This document shows, piece after piece, positions 1 through 12,200 of a stretch of 64,000 nucleotides of DNA (its first letter is position 1; every line of letters starts with the position of its first letter). The stretch spans positions 52,762,001 to 52,826,000 of the forward strand of contig NC_086375.1 in NCBI RefSeq assembly GCF_036588685.1, written 5' to 3'. Source of the DNA: Mytilus trossulus (Eukaryota). The notes below the pieces were generated by a model. The model was not told the DNA's origin and ran no database searches. It saw only the letters and a program-made list of their open reading frames with translations. A program made the translations under genes and the position numbers.

Positions 1-2129
1 ATCGAATTTCTATTTCTGCATATTATTGTATCGCTTATAACATTTTTACAGACTCTCAATCTCCCTTGCCAAAATAAATTATGAGAATGCTACCTCCACA
101 CTGGAGAAGCAAGGTCATTGGCTTACCGTACTTTCCCGAAGTATTCCGTACACAACCGATTGAGTTGTCCTCAGTTTACAAGATCTGATAGATCCTCGGA
201 TAGATCAAGTTAGACTAAATAGACATATAAAGTCTCTGGACTAAATAACTTACAAACTTCATTAGTTAATTCATATTTGATTAAAATATTTCCCTATACA
301 TGTATAACGGTTAACCAAGGATTTGTAGACTACAAATCCTAATTATACTCAAGAACGAGAGAAGTATAAGGAACAACATCAAAAGATCGATGTAGGATTA
401 AAAAAAAACTCAAATCAAATATATAGTTTGAGGGTGGGGGTTTCAACATTGCTGCAAGTTTTGATAATCCAAAATCGATTTTACATATATCCCTATTGGT
501 CAATCAATTCTTTCCAAATCAAGTTAAGAGGGGTGTCACGGTGGGGGTCAGTGAAAAAACTATGTGAATTAAGTTTTTTTTTTTATCCTACATTGAACTT
601 TTTATGTCGTCCCTAACTATGTCTCACGATCTTATTTTCATCATTGTTACTAGAGCTATGAGTGGCTTGTTGAATTCCATAAATTTCATAATTGAAGATA
701 AAACAATTTGCAAGTTTGACTGAAATTTTAAAATGATCTGAATGTTGTTAACGTTTTCCTATTCCCCATGGTTAAGTGCCCTTTTTTATATACTGATTTT
801 TATTGCATAAAACTGGAAACATTGTGGATACAAAGAACGCACGGGCGACTGACAGCCGGCCTAAATTTTGAGTACTCAGTTAATTTAAGTAGCGAGATAT
901 ATCAATGATACGCATACGAAATAGAGTCAGGAAATTAAGGTTCTCAAAAAGCATAATTTAATTGATCGAAAGGTTTACCAGGAACTTCAATGTACTCTGC
1001 TTTCTATACAGGTGGGTAATTTGATTTTAGTGTGTTTCTTTGTCTGGAAATTGGATTTTGAAATTATCATAGAGAATATTGATATCATATATATGTTTTC
1101 ATGCACAATTTTCTTTTACTTTTTATGTACCAACATAAAACATTAATGAAATGTATGCGACTGTCAGGAGTGAGAGGTTTAGCTTGATATAAAACCAGGT
1201 TTTAATTCATCATTTTCTACCCAAGGAAATGCCTGTACCAAGACAGGGATAGGACAGTTGTTTCCATGATTCGTTTGGTTTGTTTGCGCTTTAGACTTTC
1301 CCATTTGATCAAGGACTTGAGTTCAATATATATTCAAGTTTTGTTATATTTTATTTTGTTCATATATATATATAAATATGCCTAATCCGGCATTGTCCAA
1401 TATATTTTTAATGGTCTTTATCCATAAAATATCATCATTGTGTGATATATAATATATAATAAGAAAATGTTAACTACAATTAAATACATTAAATCACTCT
1501 TATACAATACAATATTAAGTATAACGCAGAGTCTGAAATTCATAAAATTGTTCATTTCCAATGAAGTTAATTTTAACGCGATATCATAGATCATACATTC
1601 TGGATCTCCAATGTCGTAATAAAGGTAAATTAAAAAAAAACACTTTTATAACGCACCTGTTTTATAAAGTGTAACTTTAAAATTATGATGCATGAATGTT
1701 AAAACGTAAAGCTCGTGTTGTCCCGTGTTGTATAAAGTAATTAAAAGCATCTGCAAGATAAATTGTTTTAATTAAATCAAGCAAACGAAACTAATGTTAT
1801 TCTAAACAAATTAGTTATAGATAATTTAATCACATCAAGGCATATTGGAAATGTTAAATCCCAAAAATCAGTAATTAATTATGAACATATACAAATCTAT
1901 GGAGCATAACGAGTTTAGATTTGTTTCTTTTTATAAAAACGTGTATTCAGTAAGAAATACTTATGTAAATATATCAAGGTATATAAAATACTAGTGAATC
2001 TTTTCATCTGATCCGTTTGGTGATCGTGTTTGAGCACGAATTTAACACCAGGTATCGATCCTTGTAGTTTATATACACATTGAATAGACACAGGAGATTA
2101 TGTGAAATTTATTTGATATATCATACGTA

Positions 2130-2312
2130 TACATTTTATTTTAGAGGAGTTTATGTTTTGGAAAGTTTAAGAGAACTGTATACATGACAACATTTTTATT
2201 TTAAAGGAATTTATGTTCGGAAAAGTAACTATGAAAGTACAATATACATGACATAATTTCATTTTAAAGGAATCTATGATTGGGAAAGTGTAAGAGAACT
2301 ACATACTTGATA
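2130..2312 (+). repeat. Three diverged tandem copies of a ~60-65 bp unit just upstream of the GPCR start codon
   Basis: Unit approximately catttt(a)ttttaRagga.t.tatg.t.ggaaagt...agaact..atacatgaca, seen near 2130, 2190 and 2255. Confidence 0.75.
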
Positions 2313-2316
2313 AAAT

Positions 2317-3420
2317 ATGGATACTTCCGTCAAACTTGGTGTCGGGATAAGTTTCACGCTGATTGCAGTTTTAGGATTGCTATTTAACATTTTATATGTT
2401 TTCGTTTTCATCAGAAGAAGACAACTTCGCCAACCAACTAAATACTTCTTATTCAGTTTAGCTTTAGTAGACATAATATCTATCACATTCTGGACACTGT
2501 TTAGTCTGATATCAGCTTTCCTGGGAGAATGGGGACTACCAACCGAGGTTTGCCAACTTCAAGAATTTACAATGTCTTTTTGTCTCCTGTTGAATATGCA
2601 TACATTCATGCTGCTGGCATTAGAGAGGGCACTTTTCATATTAAAGCCATCTCGACACAGTGAAATATGCATTAATACGGTAATTGTTATTATTCTAATT
2701 GCTATGTGGCTTTTTGATGCAGTTATTTCAATTTTTCCTTTTACCGGATGGGGAGAAATAACCTATTTTGAAAACCAATTTCAGTGTTCTATGGACTATG
2801 AAAAAAACACGCGACAAATGAGATTTGCAACAGCCGTCGCCGTAGGAATTCCGTTTTTAGTCATGGTTATAGCTTATGTTATCATATTCATTAAAATGAA
2901 AAAGTTACAAAAAGGAGTATCTGGAGGAGGCCAGATAATATTGGAACAAGCAGATTGTGCGAACGGAGACAGCTACTCGGCTAGGCTTAAACGACAACAG
3001 CTGAAATTCCAGAATGCTGGAATGAAACGAAAGAAACCGATATTAGGAAGAGAAATCGATAAAGATGGATTTGCTCGAGATGAAAGCTCAGATGAAGAAA
3101 ATAAGACGTCAAAGGACACAGAAGGAGTTAAAAACATTTTTTATTTGTATAAAAGTGATGTGACATGGATCAAAACCTATCTCATCATAACGGTAACATA
3201 TCTGTTGTTATGGATACCGTATATTATCATTACGTATGTTCAAACTTTCGACCGTTACCATGGGATTCCTGATGTTGTGTTTTATATTTTTGTTATTTTC
3301 ACACATTGCACGGCATTTGCAAAACCAGTGGCTTATGTTATTCATAATGAAAATTTCCGCAACCATTTTAAGAAAGCAGTTACCAAGAAGACCAAATACC
3401 GAAACTTTGAAAGAAATTGA
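2317..3420 (+). CDS. Single-exon orphan rhodopsin-class (class A) GPCR, 367 aa
   Basis: Seven hydrophobic segments. Class A motifs: TM1 GLLFN, TM2 SLALVD, TM3 C...LALERA (DRY variant), TM4 W, ECL2 Cys, TM6 LLWIPY, TM7 KPVAY (NPxxY variant), helix 8 NENFRNHF. Long charged ICL3. An in-frame TAA at 2311-2313 fixes the ATG unless splicing adds upstream coding sequence. Confidence 0.93.
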   Translation: MDTSVKLGVGISFTLIAVLGLLFNILYVFVFIRRRQLRQPTKYFLFSLALVDIISITFWTLFSLISAFLGEWGLPTEVCQLQEFTMSFCLLLNMHTFMLLALERALFILKPSRHSEICINTVIVIILIAMWLFDAVISIFPFTGWGEITYFENQFQCSMDYEKNTRQMRFATAVAVGIPFLVMVIAYVIIFIKMKKLQKGVSGGGQIILEQADCANGDSYSARLKRQQLKFQNAGMKRKKPILGREIDKDGFARDESSDEENKTSKDTEGVKNIFYLYKSDVTWIKTYLIITVTYLLLWIPYIIITYVQTFDRYHGIPDVVFYIFVIFTHCTAFAKPVAYVIHNENFRNHFKKAVTKKTKYRNFERN

Positions 3421-3904
3421 CCTTATCTATTGTTGATCTTGTTATGATGTTGACATTGCAGATAAATATTTACATGAAAGAGGATTTGAATTTTAGTATG
3501 TTCTTTGCGTGGGTTGGAATTTTGCCAAGTTAGTTTAAATTTGATATTAAATCGAAATGTCCTTTTAAGATACAACATAAAGAGAAATTTATTTAAATCC
3601 CGAATTTAACACAGTAATAAGAAAGTTAACAACCGCCACGTGTGGTGAAAAATAGTAATTACGTTTTTAAAAACGTCAAATAGAGGTTCTGTATAATTAA
3701 GATCGTTATTCTGGTAACTTTAACTTGTACATTAGAAAAATCCAATACACCCATACATGTTGAAATAATTGTTCTAAACATGCACACTTTAACAAACACA
3801 TCCCAATGATATATGAATGTAATGTTTATTTCTTTAATTTTTTTTATTCATTACTTTGTTTTGGTGAGTTCTTTGGCAGATGTAGACATGTTTGTTAATT
3901 GAAG

Positions 3905-4080
3905 TAATAAATGTGAAAATGGAAATGGGGAATATGTTAAAGAGACAACTACCCGATCAAAGAGCAGATAACAGCCAAATGACACCAACGGGTCTTCGAC
4001 CCAGCGAGAAAATCCCACACCTTGAGGTGGACCTAAGCTGGTCCCTAAATAAAAATTTATACTAGTTCTGTGAAAACGGA
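3905..4080 (-). mobile_element. Isolated 3' end of the Naiad-type Penelope-like element
   Basis: The reverse complement matches the terminal ~170 bp of the elements ending near 27400 and 55488 (...ttccccatttcc tail and the preceding hairpin). Confidence 0.75.
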
Positions 4081-4084
4081 ATAA

Positions 4085-4430
4085 CCGCGTTTCACATATG
4101 CTATCGGATATGTTCTTTGCGTAGGAACTACAATACCCTTCCCTTTCATGCATGTGACCTACCGAATAAGACTATTTACCGGGTTTGTAATAACATGAGC
4201 AACACGATGTGTGCCACATGTGGAGCAGGATCTGCTGATCCTTACGGAGCACTTGAGATCACCCCAAGTTTTTGGTGGGATTTGAGTTGCTTATTCTTTA
4301 GTTTTCTATGTTTTGTCATGTGTACTATTATTTGTCTGTATGTCTTTTTTTCATTTTTAGCCATGGCGTTGTCAGTTTATTTTTGATTTTTGAGTTTGTC
4401 TGCCCCTCTAGTATCTTTTGCCCCTCTTTT
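4085..4430 (+). repeat. Dispersed repeat; second, shorter copy at ~11775-12003
   Basis: Shared gtgccacatgtggagca...atggcgttgtcagtttat...gagtttg.ctg.ccctct between the two loci. Confidence 0.7.
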
Positions 4431-6281
4431 CCAAACGCGAACAGTTAATCAACAGATAATATTTTTTAAAGGTACGTTCCTCTTTTCTTTTCGTCAATTC
4501 CAGTGGGAACCTGTACGACTTAAAGATTCTCAAAACTACTTTATATGAGTGATATTGATTTTGTCTAAATAACCGATCATTATATCTCGCATTATATATG
4601 CACAAAAGACCAATACCTGTGAATTGTAATGCTCAAACAAAGCACATACATCTGATATTTTACATATTTCATTATTTATGTGACAGAACATTGATGAACT
4701 ATACGAAATACACACACCACTAACTGCTGTTTTCTTTATCAAATATTAAATATACACATGCAGACACAGACAACCTATTTATTGATCTTCTTTTTGAGAT
4801 GTTGTCTTTTAAAATGGCTGAATTCTCCGTTCAAGCAATAGTGTTATATTTTTTAAAGAGAGTTGGAGGCAACTTCAGCTCAGTAGTTGGTTCTTCGGTA
4901 TTGAGAGGATTTGTAACTTTTTAAAAATTTCCCGTTGACAAATTTAGAATTCATTTAGAAACTGAGGTTACAACTTACTCAGGCAAAGTTTGCCTTAGAT
5001 GGATACGATTTTATTTTAGGTCCATTTGGTGATGAAGTTCAAGGCGTATGTATTATCCTCTGGTTTCAAAGGTTAAAATTTCAGAGTTCCGGTTAAATGT
5101 GGACCCATAAAGAGCGCTTCGGACGCACGACAGTTTAAAGAGTTTGATTTTACTTGTAATGAGACGATGCCACTGCTGGTTAACAAACTGTTGGCCCCAA
5201 AGGGTTACGTGAGCTCAATAGTCAGAGTTTTGGTGCGGAAATGATTTTTCACTCATTTTAACATTTTAATCCTGTGGCTATTTATAGCTTGCTGTTCCGT
5301 GTTGTAGGCCATACTAGTGACTTATAATGGTAAACTTTTTTACAAGTTGTGACTTGGACATCTCTGGCTTTCTAATGCACTGGTTCCTGACGAGGGTGAA
5401 CCCATTTTTTCATGAAGGTAAGTTAGGTAACACAGTAAAGCGCATCGGACGCTCGAAATTTATAAAGTGTGTCTCAGTTACTGGCACTGAGTTGATACCA
5501 CTGCTTGTGAATTGTTATTTCTTTATACACCTCTGGCTTTCAATGTATAGATTTTAGCGTTCATAATGAAGGTTTTAACAAAGTTTTGCTAGCTATAAAG
5601 AAAAGTCAAATGATAAGTAATTTTCGCTCCGTTGATTGGTCTTTTGCGATAAAAGATTGCAAAGTTTAAATCCCTGTCAATAATGTGCTATTAAGAGATT
5701 TCATTTGTAATGTTGAAGGTCTTGTTGGTTGGCAGGCAAGCGAATCATGTGAAAGAGTTACAAAGAAAATAGAGGACTGTGATCACATTCTAAAAGTCCG
5801 CCATCACAGACTTATTCTCCAATTAACTTCCTGATCTGGGACATACACATATACGTGATGTGACGTTTATAATTTTCAATTTATTTAAAAAAAAACACAA
5901 CCCTGAAAACAAGTGTTCTTTCAGTATCACAGTTACTGAAATTGAAATACGGGTCAAGTGACCTCAATCTCAATCTAATGGCACATCAACCTATTCAAAT
6001 GCCGGTATGTTTATCAAATAAATGTCAGATGACCACGAACATGTTGATGTGGAGGCATGGTTATTTCAACAGTATCATTATGACTTTGTTTAGGTAGCTT
6101 CATATGGACGTATATATATGCAAGCAAGATGACAAGGCATTTTTTCTAATTTTGTCCTTGCAAACAGAGCATTTTCTGATAAAAACCAGGAAAACGCCTA
6201 CTATATATAAATGATTCTCGTAGAAGATTTATATATTTGAGGATTGTAACTTAGTTGTTTTGCAAATCAATTTCCTAGAAA

Positions 6282-9200
6282 CTATACAGGTTGGTTCCTA
6301 CGATCAGCCTGTTCATCATCCTGTTGAATGTTACGTACTATAGGTGTGTTCAGTGGTTCTGTATCTTCAGCCCCTTGTTGTATTTGTCCCGGTTTTGTTG
6401 AACAACACCAAACATTATTCTCGGTCTTTCTAGGCATCCGAAGTTTAAGTTTACAGAAGAAATTTTCCTGTCGATATGTACTACAATTGTGTTTGGGTGG
6501 GTATTTGATTCTTACAAATGTTCTGTCAGTTTCTATAAATTCAAGTGGGCCTCCTCTTTTCGAAGCTTTTTCTACAACTGTAACAAGATTTGGACTGAAG
6601 TACTGTCTACATGCCACCAAACTTTCGAAAGTATTATTCGGATTAATTATTGAATATTCCGAAGGATAAATAATTACCAAACTCTTACTATCTTGTGCAA
6701 ATTCTTGTACCTTCTGCCATATAACTGTAAATAAAGCAAACTAGTTTATTCATTGATTGAATTTTAATATATTGTTTGAAGTGCAAAAAAACTTTAAATT
6801 TTCATACATAAAGGCAACAGTAGTATACCGCTGTTCGAAATTCATCAATCGGTTGAGAAAAAAAAATCCGGTTACAAACTAAAACTGAGGAAAACGCATC
6901 AAATATAGGGGGAGAACTACGACACAACAGAAACATAACATTTGAAATGTAACACACAGGAACTAACTATAACATAACAATAGTAATTTTTCTGACTTGT
7001 AACAGGACATTTAAAAAAAAATGTAAGTTGAACCTGATTTTGTAGCATACCAAACCACCCCTTTTTATGGCAATGTTAAATATAACGTTTAAATTACAAC
7101 ATTACATAACAGGACTACAATACAAATACATTGGATAGTCTATGGGCGTTAGTTATTGTGAAAGAACACAATTTATTTAAGAAAACAAATCTAAAAGCGA
7201 CATTCTAGCACTACAAATGTTCAAAAGTCTGAAAAGACCAACCGTTGTCTTGATTTGCGTGACAAATAACCTCGACATTCTCAAAAAGTATGACTTTTGT
7301 TCTAATTTATTTTTAACATGCATACACATTTTTTTTAAAGGTTTTCAGGTGAATAACAAGAAAAAGTAATCAGAAAAATTTATAAAACCAACTTATGGAT
7401 ACAACAATAGATATAACAATGTTTGTATCGACATGTTATTAAAAGCTGGAGAAACGGGATGTCACCAAGAAATCTCCAGAACTTTCAGGGATTTACTAAA
7501 TCACGTATTTTTCAATTCACTATACATTGATTGCTATTTTACGATTTTTTCCGTTGATCTTATGACATGATAATTCATTTCTCGGGAGCCCTGTAAAGTG
7601 ATATGAACAATTATTGCAAAAAACACACCCCAATTATGGGCGTTCGTGCGTTGTCAATAAAACTAACAACGTAGCGACCACCGATAATCTATAAGTAACA
7701 CATCAACAATTTTTCAACAATATAATCCGAAAAGGTTATAGTATGGGAACGAACCCTAAATGTGCATAAATACATTTGATCTTACCAGTTCCACCAGTGA
7801 TGCTTCCAGATATTTTGACATTATAACCGTCTGATTGTAACTTTTTTTGAATTCCTTCAGCAAGTTGTAAATCCTCGTCTTCATGAAGTATAAAGACATG
7901 GTAACTATTTGCACCTAATTTAGAAAAAAAGTATAAATAAAGGACTGCAGCATAATCATTATGACAGTTATACAACTCACAATTATTCTATACTAAACTG
8001 AAGCAAATTTAATAGATAAAACTATAACAACACCATACACCAAACAAATTAGGAGCATCCACAAAATAAATTGGAGGATAATATACAGATTGTAAGGAAC
8101 AGTTTGACTGCCATAACAAAAATGTAATTTCAACCGTTTGAAGGATCTGAATTAGATTGAAATTTATTTCTTCTAGTTGTCTGCCCATAGACTGTTATTT
8201 GTATTCCCGCGCTTCATGGGAAATAAACATTCGAAAAAGACGTGTTTCCCAGTTAAATATTTTTATCTTGCTTTGTCGACATGATATTATGTATCATAAT
8301 GTGCAATTTAAATCAGCACATGGCACTGTCGTGTGGGTATTGAATTTGAACTTTAGTTTGGTTTATTAGTCTTATGTGTACAGGGTTGGGTAGTCTATGG
8401 GCGTTAGTAACTATAGAGGAACAAAATCTTATTTATGAAAACAATTTTAAAAGCGACACTCTATCATTTCAAATGTCCAAAACTCTGAAAAGACCACTCG
8501 TTGTCTCGATTTGCATGACCAATAACTCGACATTCTCAAAAAGTATGACTTTTGTCCTAATTTTTCTCGAAATTTTTTCACTCATATCAAATTTGTATGA
8601 AACTCGGCATGCTCTCGACATTTTGAATACTGTTAAATCTCGACGTTAAAATTTGTCTGGGAATTTCCCGACCGGTTTTTGACATTCTTTTTTTGTTGCT
8701 CAGTATGTGTTGACCATGTTGACATATTCTGAGCATTTTGAATTGTGTCTTGATCTTACTTTTGGTCTCTTTTGTAGAGTTGTCTCATTTGCAATCATAC
8801 CACATCTTCTTTTTCTTTATCTTTGAAATAAAGCTTTAGTATGAAATAAATCTATAAGACATTGACTCTACATATTTGGTTCTTTTACCATCAAAATCTG
8901 TTAAAATTACTGGTCAATAAAACCTTTATTGGCTCATGCAGCAGCAAGGTTAATCAAATATTACAAATTATATAAAACATAGTTTTTGATAAAATAAGAA
9001 TTACCTTGGTCCATTAAATGCCAGTAAGGTATCCGTGAAAGGATAAACAGCTTTATTCTGAAGTAAAACACCGCAGTGAAAACAAATACCAGTGTCAATA
9101 TAACAACACATGGCGCAACTATTCCCTTTATTTCTTCCGCTGTTATCAAAGTCATTTTCGTTATTTCCACACCTAAAAATTACAAATACGAATTTTGTTT

Positions 9201-12200
9201 TTAACATTCAGAATTTTCTTAAATGAAATAATATTTATAGATTTTATATTTGAATATAATATCAATTAAATGTGGTATTTGTGAACAACGTGATATAGTA
9301 AGACAAGTACTTCTTTGCAACTCTAACATATGCATACCTTTTGTAAAACAAACCAATAACTTCTTTATGTTGTGTTTCATAAGATTTTGGTATGCATGAT
9401 ATTTTGAATTGAAATTAAAAAAAACCCGGACAAAACAACTTCAACAAAAAGAAAAAGGCTAAAAAATGAAGAAAAAAACAATCAATAACCATCGCACAAG
9501 AAACCAATAACTGAGCAACTTTTCCAACTATGTGAATACATAACGGACTTCCGGAAATCAAAAAGATCCAGTGTAGCATGGATAAAAGGCCTTTCTTTTC
9601 ATTACAATTTTCTACATAAGGAAATAAATGCCAGTACCAAAACAGGAATATGACAGATGTTTTCAATTGTTTCATGTTTGCTGAAGAATTTTTCATATTC
9701 AATTTTCCTTTGACTTCGGTATTTTTGCTATTTCACTTTTTAGCCCTTGTTGTTGTTTATGGCTATGCCATATATGTTCTATAACGGTTAATTTGATTAG
9801 GAAGAACATAATTCATCTTTTTACCACTTCAAACTCTTTGTGCAATAACTTCCTTGAAAGCAACAATCATCCATCAAGGATTTCCTGATAGGAAACATCA
9901 GGGATGAAATATTATGTGAAAGCAAGAAATATATATATACATTGTATATATAAAAAAAAACATATAAAAACATATATTTCTATATATTCAAAACATTTTT
10001 AAATGGTACGAGGCATGATTAACCTGTAAAAAAGGACAAGGTCCGCATTATTTTCGAGATTCTTTTTGTTTATCAGATATATACAAATTTGTGGGAAATC
10101 TAATTATAGTATCCACCGACAGCGTGAACGCGCAAGTGCAACTATTTGAAAAAAATATACAATTTTGGTTTTACTGTTTCAAAATTGATTTTGATTATGA
10201 TTTTTCCCCTTTAAATGATGTTTTACCCTAACATTTTTTTGCTTAATAAAATTATGATTATGGAAAAGATGTATACTACTGTTGCCTTTATTTACGGTTA
10301 GGATGGATTTCGTCCTCTTTAAATGTATCCAAAAACCTTGGTGACAAAGAACCCTATAACACTTATATTAAATCCTTTATGAACTGATTCTAACACAACA
10401 TAGAGACAAAAATACGTGCTTTACTTACTTGCTTCTTTGAGTTGGACAGTAAACGTTTTATCTCCATACGCCGAAGATACATAACAGGTAAAATTCTGTT
10501 TGAAATCTGTCTGTTCAATAGTTTTTATCACAAAAGTAGATACTTCAATGGTATGCTTTGACCTTACAAATACATTCAGATCAAGTAGACTCAAATTAAA
10601 ATACAATATGACTAAAATGTTATACAGAAGATTTACATATGCTAGTAGTTTTGTAAAATTTGCTACTATTCTTTTTTTTTTTTTTTTTTTTTTTTATCTT
10701 AAACATATCATGTGTTGTGGAAGTTTGTTTCCAACTGCAATGTTTTGATAACAAGTGCATTTTTTACACTATATTTTTTACGGTTAGACTGTTATTTGTT
10801 ATTTTTAAGAAAAAAAAATTGAAATGTGTCCTTTAACTTTGTAAACACTCTTAATTAAGGTTCTAATTTTATTTGCAAATCTCCTTTATATCTTTATTTA
10901 GTTTTCAGTAGAAATTGAAAAGGAAGGGGGAAGAATTGAAGCCTAATTATATTTATATGATTACATTACTATTACATTCCAATTACAGTACAATTACATT
11001 ACAATTTAATTACATTACATATGGGTTTTTTTATATCCACTGTACTATGAACGCATTTCTTAATAACACAAACGATGCAAACTACGCAATGTTTCTAACA
11101 TACGTTTGCAAAGTTTGCAAAGGCATCTACAGTTTGTTGTTCATCGTTTGTTGGTACAAACGCTACATTTGTTTCTAACTTCAACCTTGAATTTGAGTTA
11201 AAAAAAAAGCAGAGAACATTGGAACAATCTGCAAAAAGACAAACAATGCAGTGAAACCTTCGCCCTAGTTCCTATGGTATCATATAAACGTATCGAAATA
11301 TAAAGGAATAACTTGCTAAATCAAGCCAACAGTTTGGAGACTTATGAAAATATGGAAAAAAAATGGTGTAAAGTCTAGAATCCTTACTTTGTTGGCTGAA
11401 GGAACTTTATTTAATTATAACCGAGGAATAAGTCAGCTTACCAACAACATGTGCATGCATTATTTAAAGTTCAAACAGGGTCAGTAAACACTGATTAAAC
11501 GATGAATTTGTTTCTAGTTTTGTAGCGTTTAGCAAACGATAACAAACACCACACAGTTTTACAAAATTTAGGTTAGAAAGAAATGCATATATATATTTCA
11601 TTTTAATATTTAATCAATTATAGACGTACGTTTCAAAGGCATCTGTAGTTTGAGTTTACCAAACACAAGATGTGCTGTATGCGTCTTTATGAAAACCTAG
11701 TGCGTACTTTTTTCCTCGTTAATACATATTTTGTTAAGAAATTTAGGCATTATTTGTGAACAGAAAAGCAGTAATACACGAGGGGTGCCACATGTGGAGC
11801 AATATCTTCTTACCCTTTCGCAGCACCTGGTATCACCTTAGTTTGTGGTAGATTTCGTGCTGCTTTTCGTAGCCTTTAGTTTGCTATGTTGTGTATTGTG
11901 TGCTATCATTTGTCTGTTTGTCTTTTTCTGTTTTAGCTATGGCGTTGTCAGTTTATATCCGATATTTGAGTTTGACTGTCCCTCTGGAACTTTCCCCCCT
12001 CTTGCAAATATCAAAGTTTAAATAAATAAGATATAATAATACCTGTCTACATTTGTTACATTATATCTAGGAAATAATGTATCATCATCTAACGTGTCAT
12101 AATTTTCATCATACCAAGATACATCTTTCGCAGCATCAGAAGTGCACCCAAAATCACCGGTACAAGTAAAACTAACTGTTCCGCCGAGACGTCCATACTG

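Noticed and set aside
2317-3420. Opsin assignment for the GPCR
   Set aside because: Position 7.43 is His; the TM7 Lys is at 7.49, not the retinal attachment site.
5030-5575. Additional hammerhead-like fragments (cctgacgagg, aagcgcatcggacgc)
   Set aside because: Too decayed to rebuild a full core.
6328-6669. Plus-strand ORF of 113 aa and similar ORFs at 14048, 32370 and 57564
   Set aside because: Antisense shadows of real exons or RT sequence; other short ORFs in the track fall in repeats or AT-rich introns.
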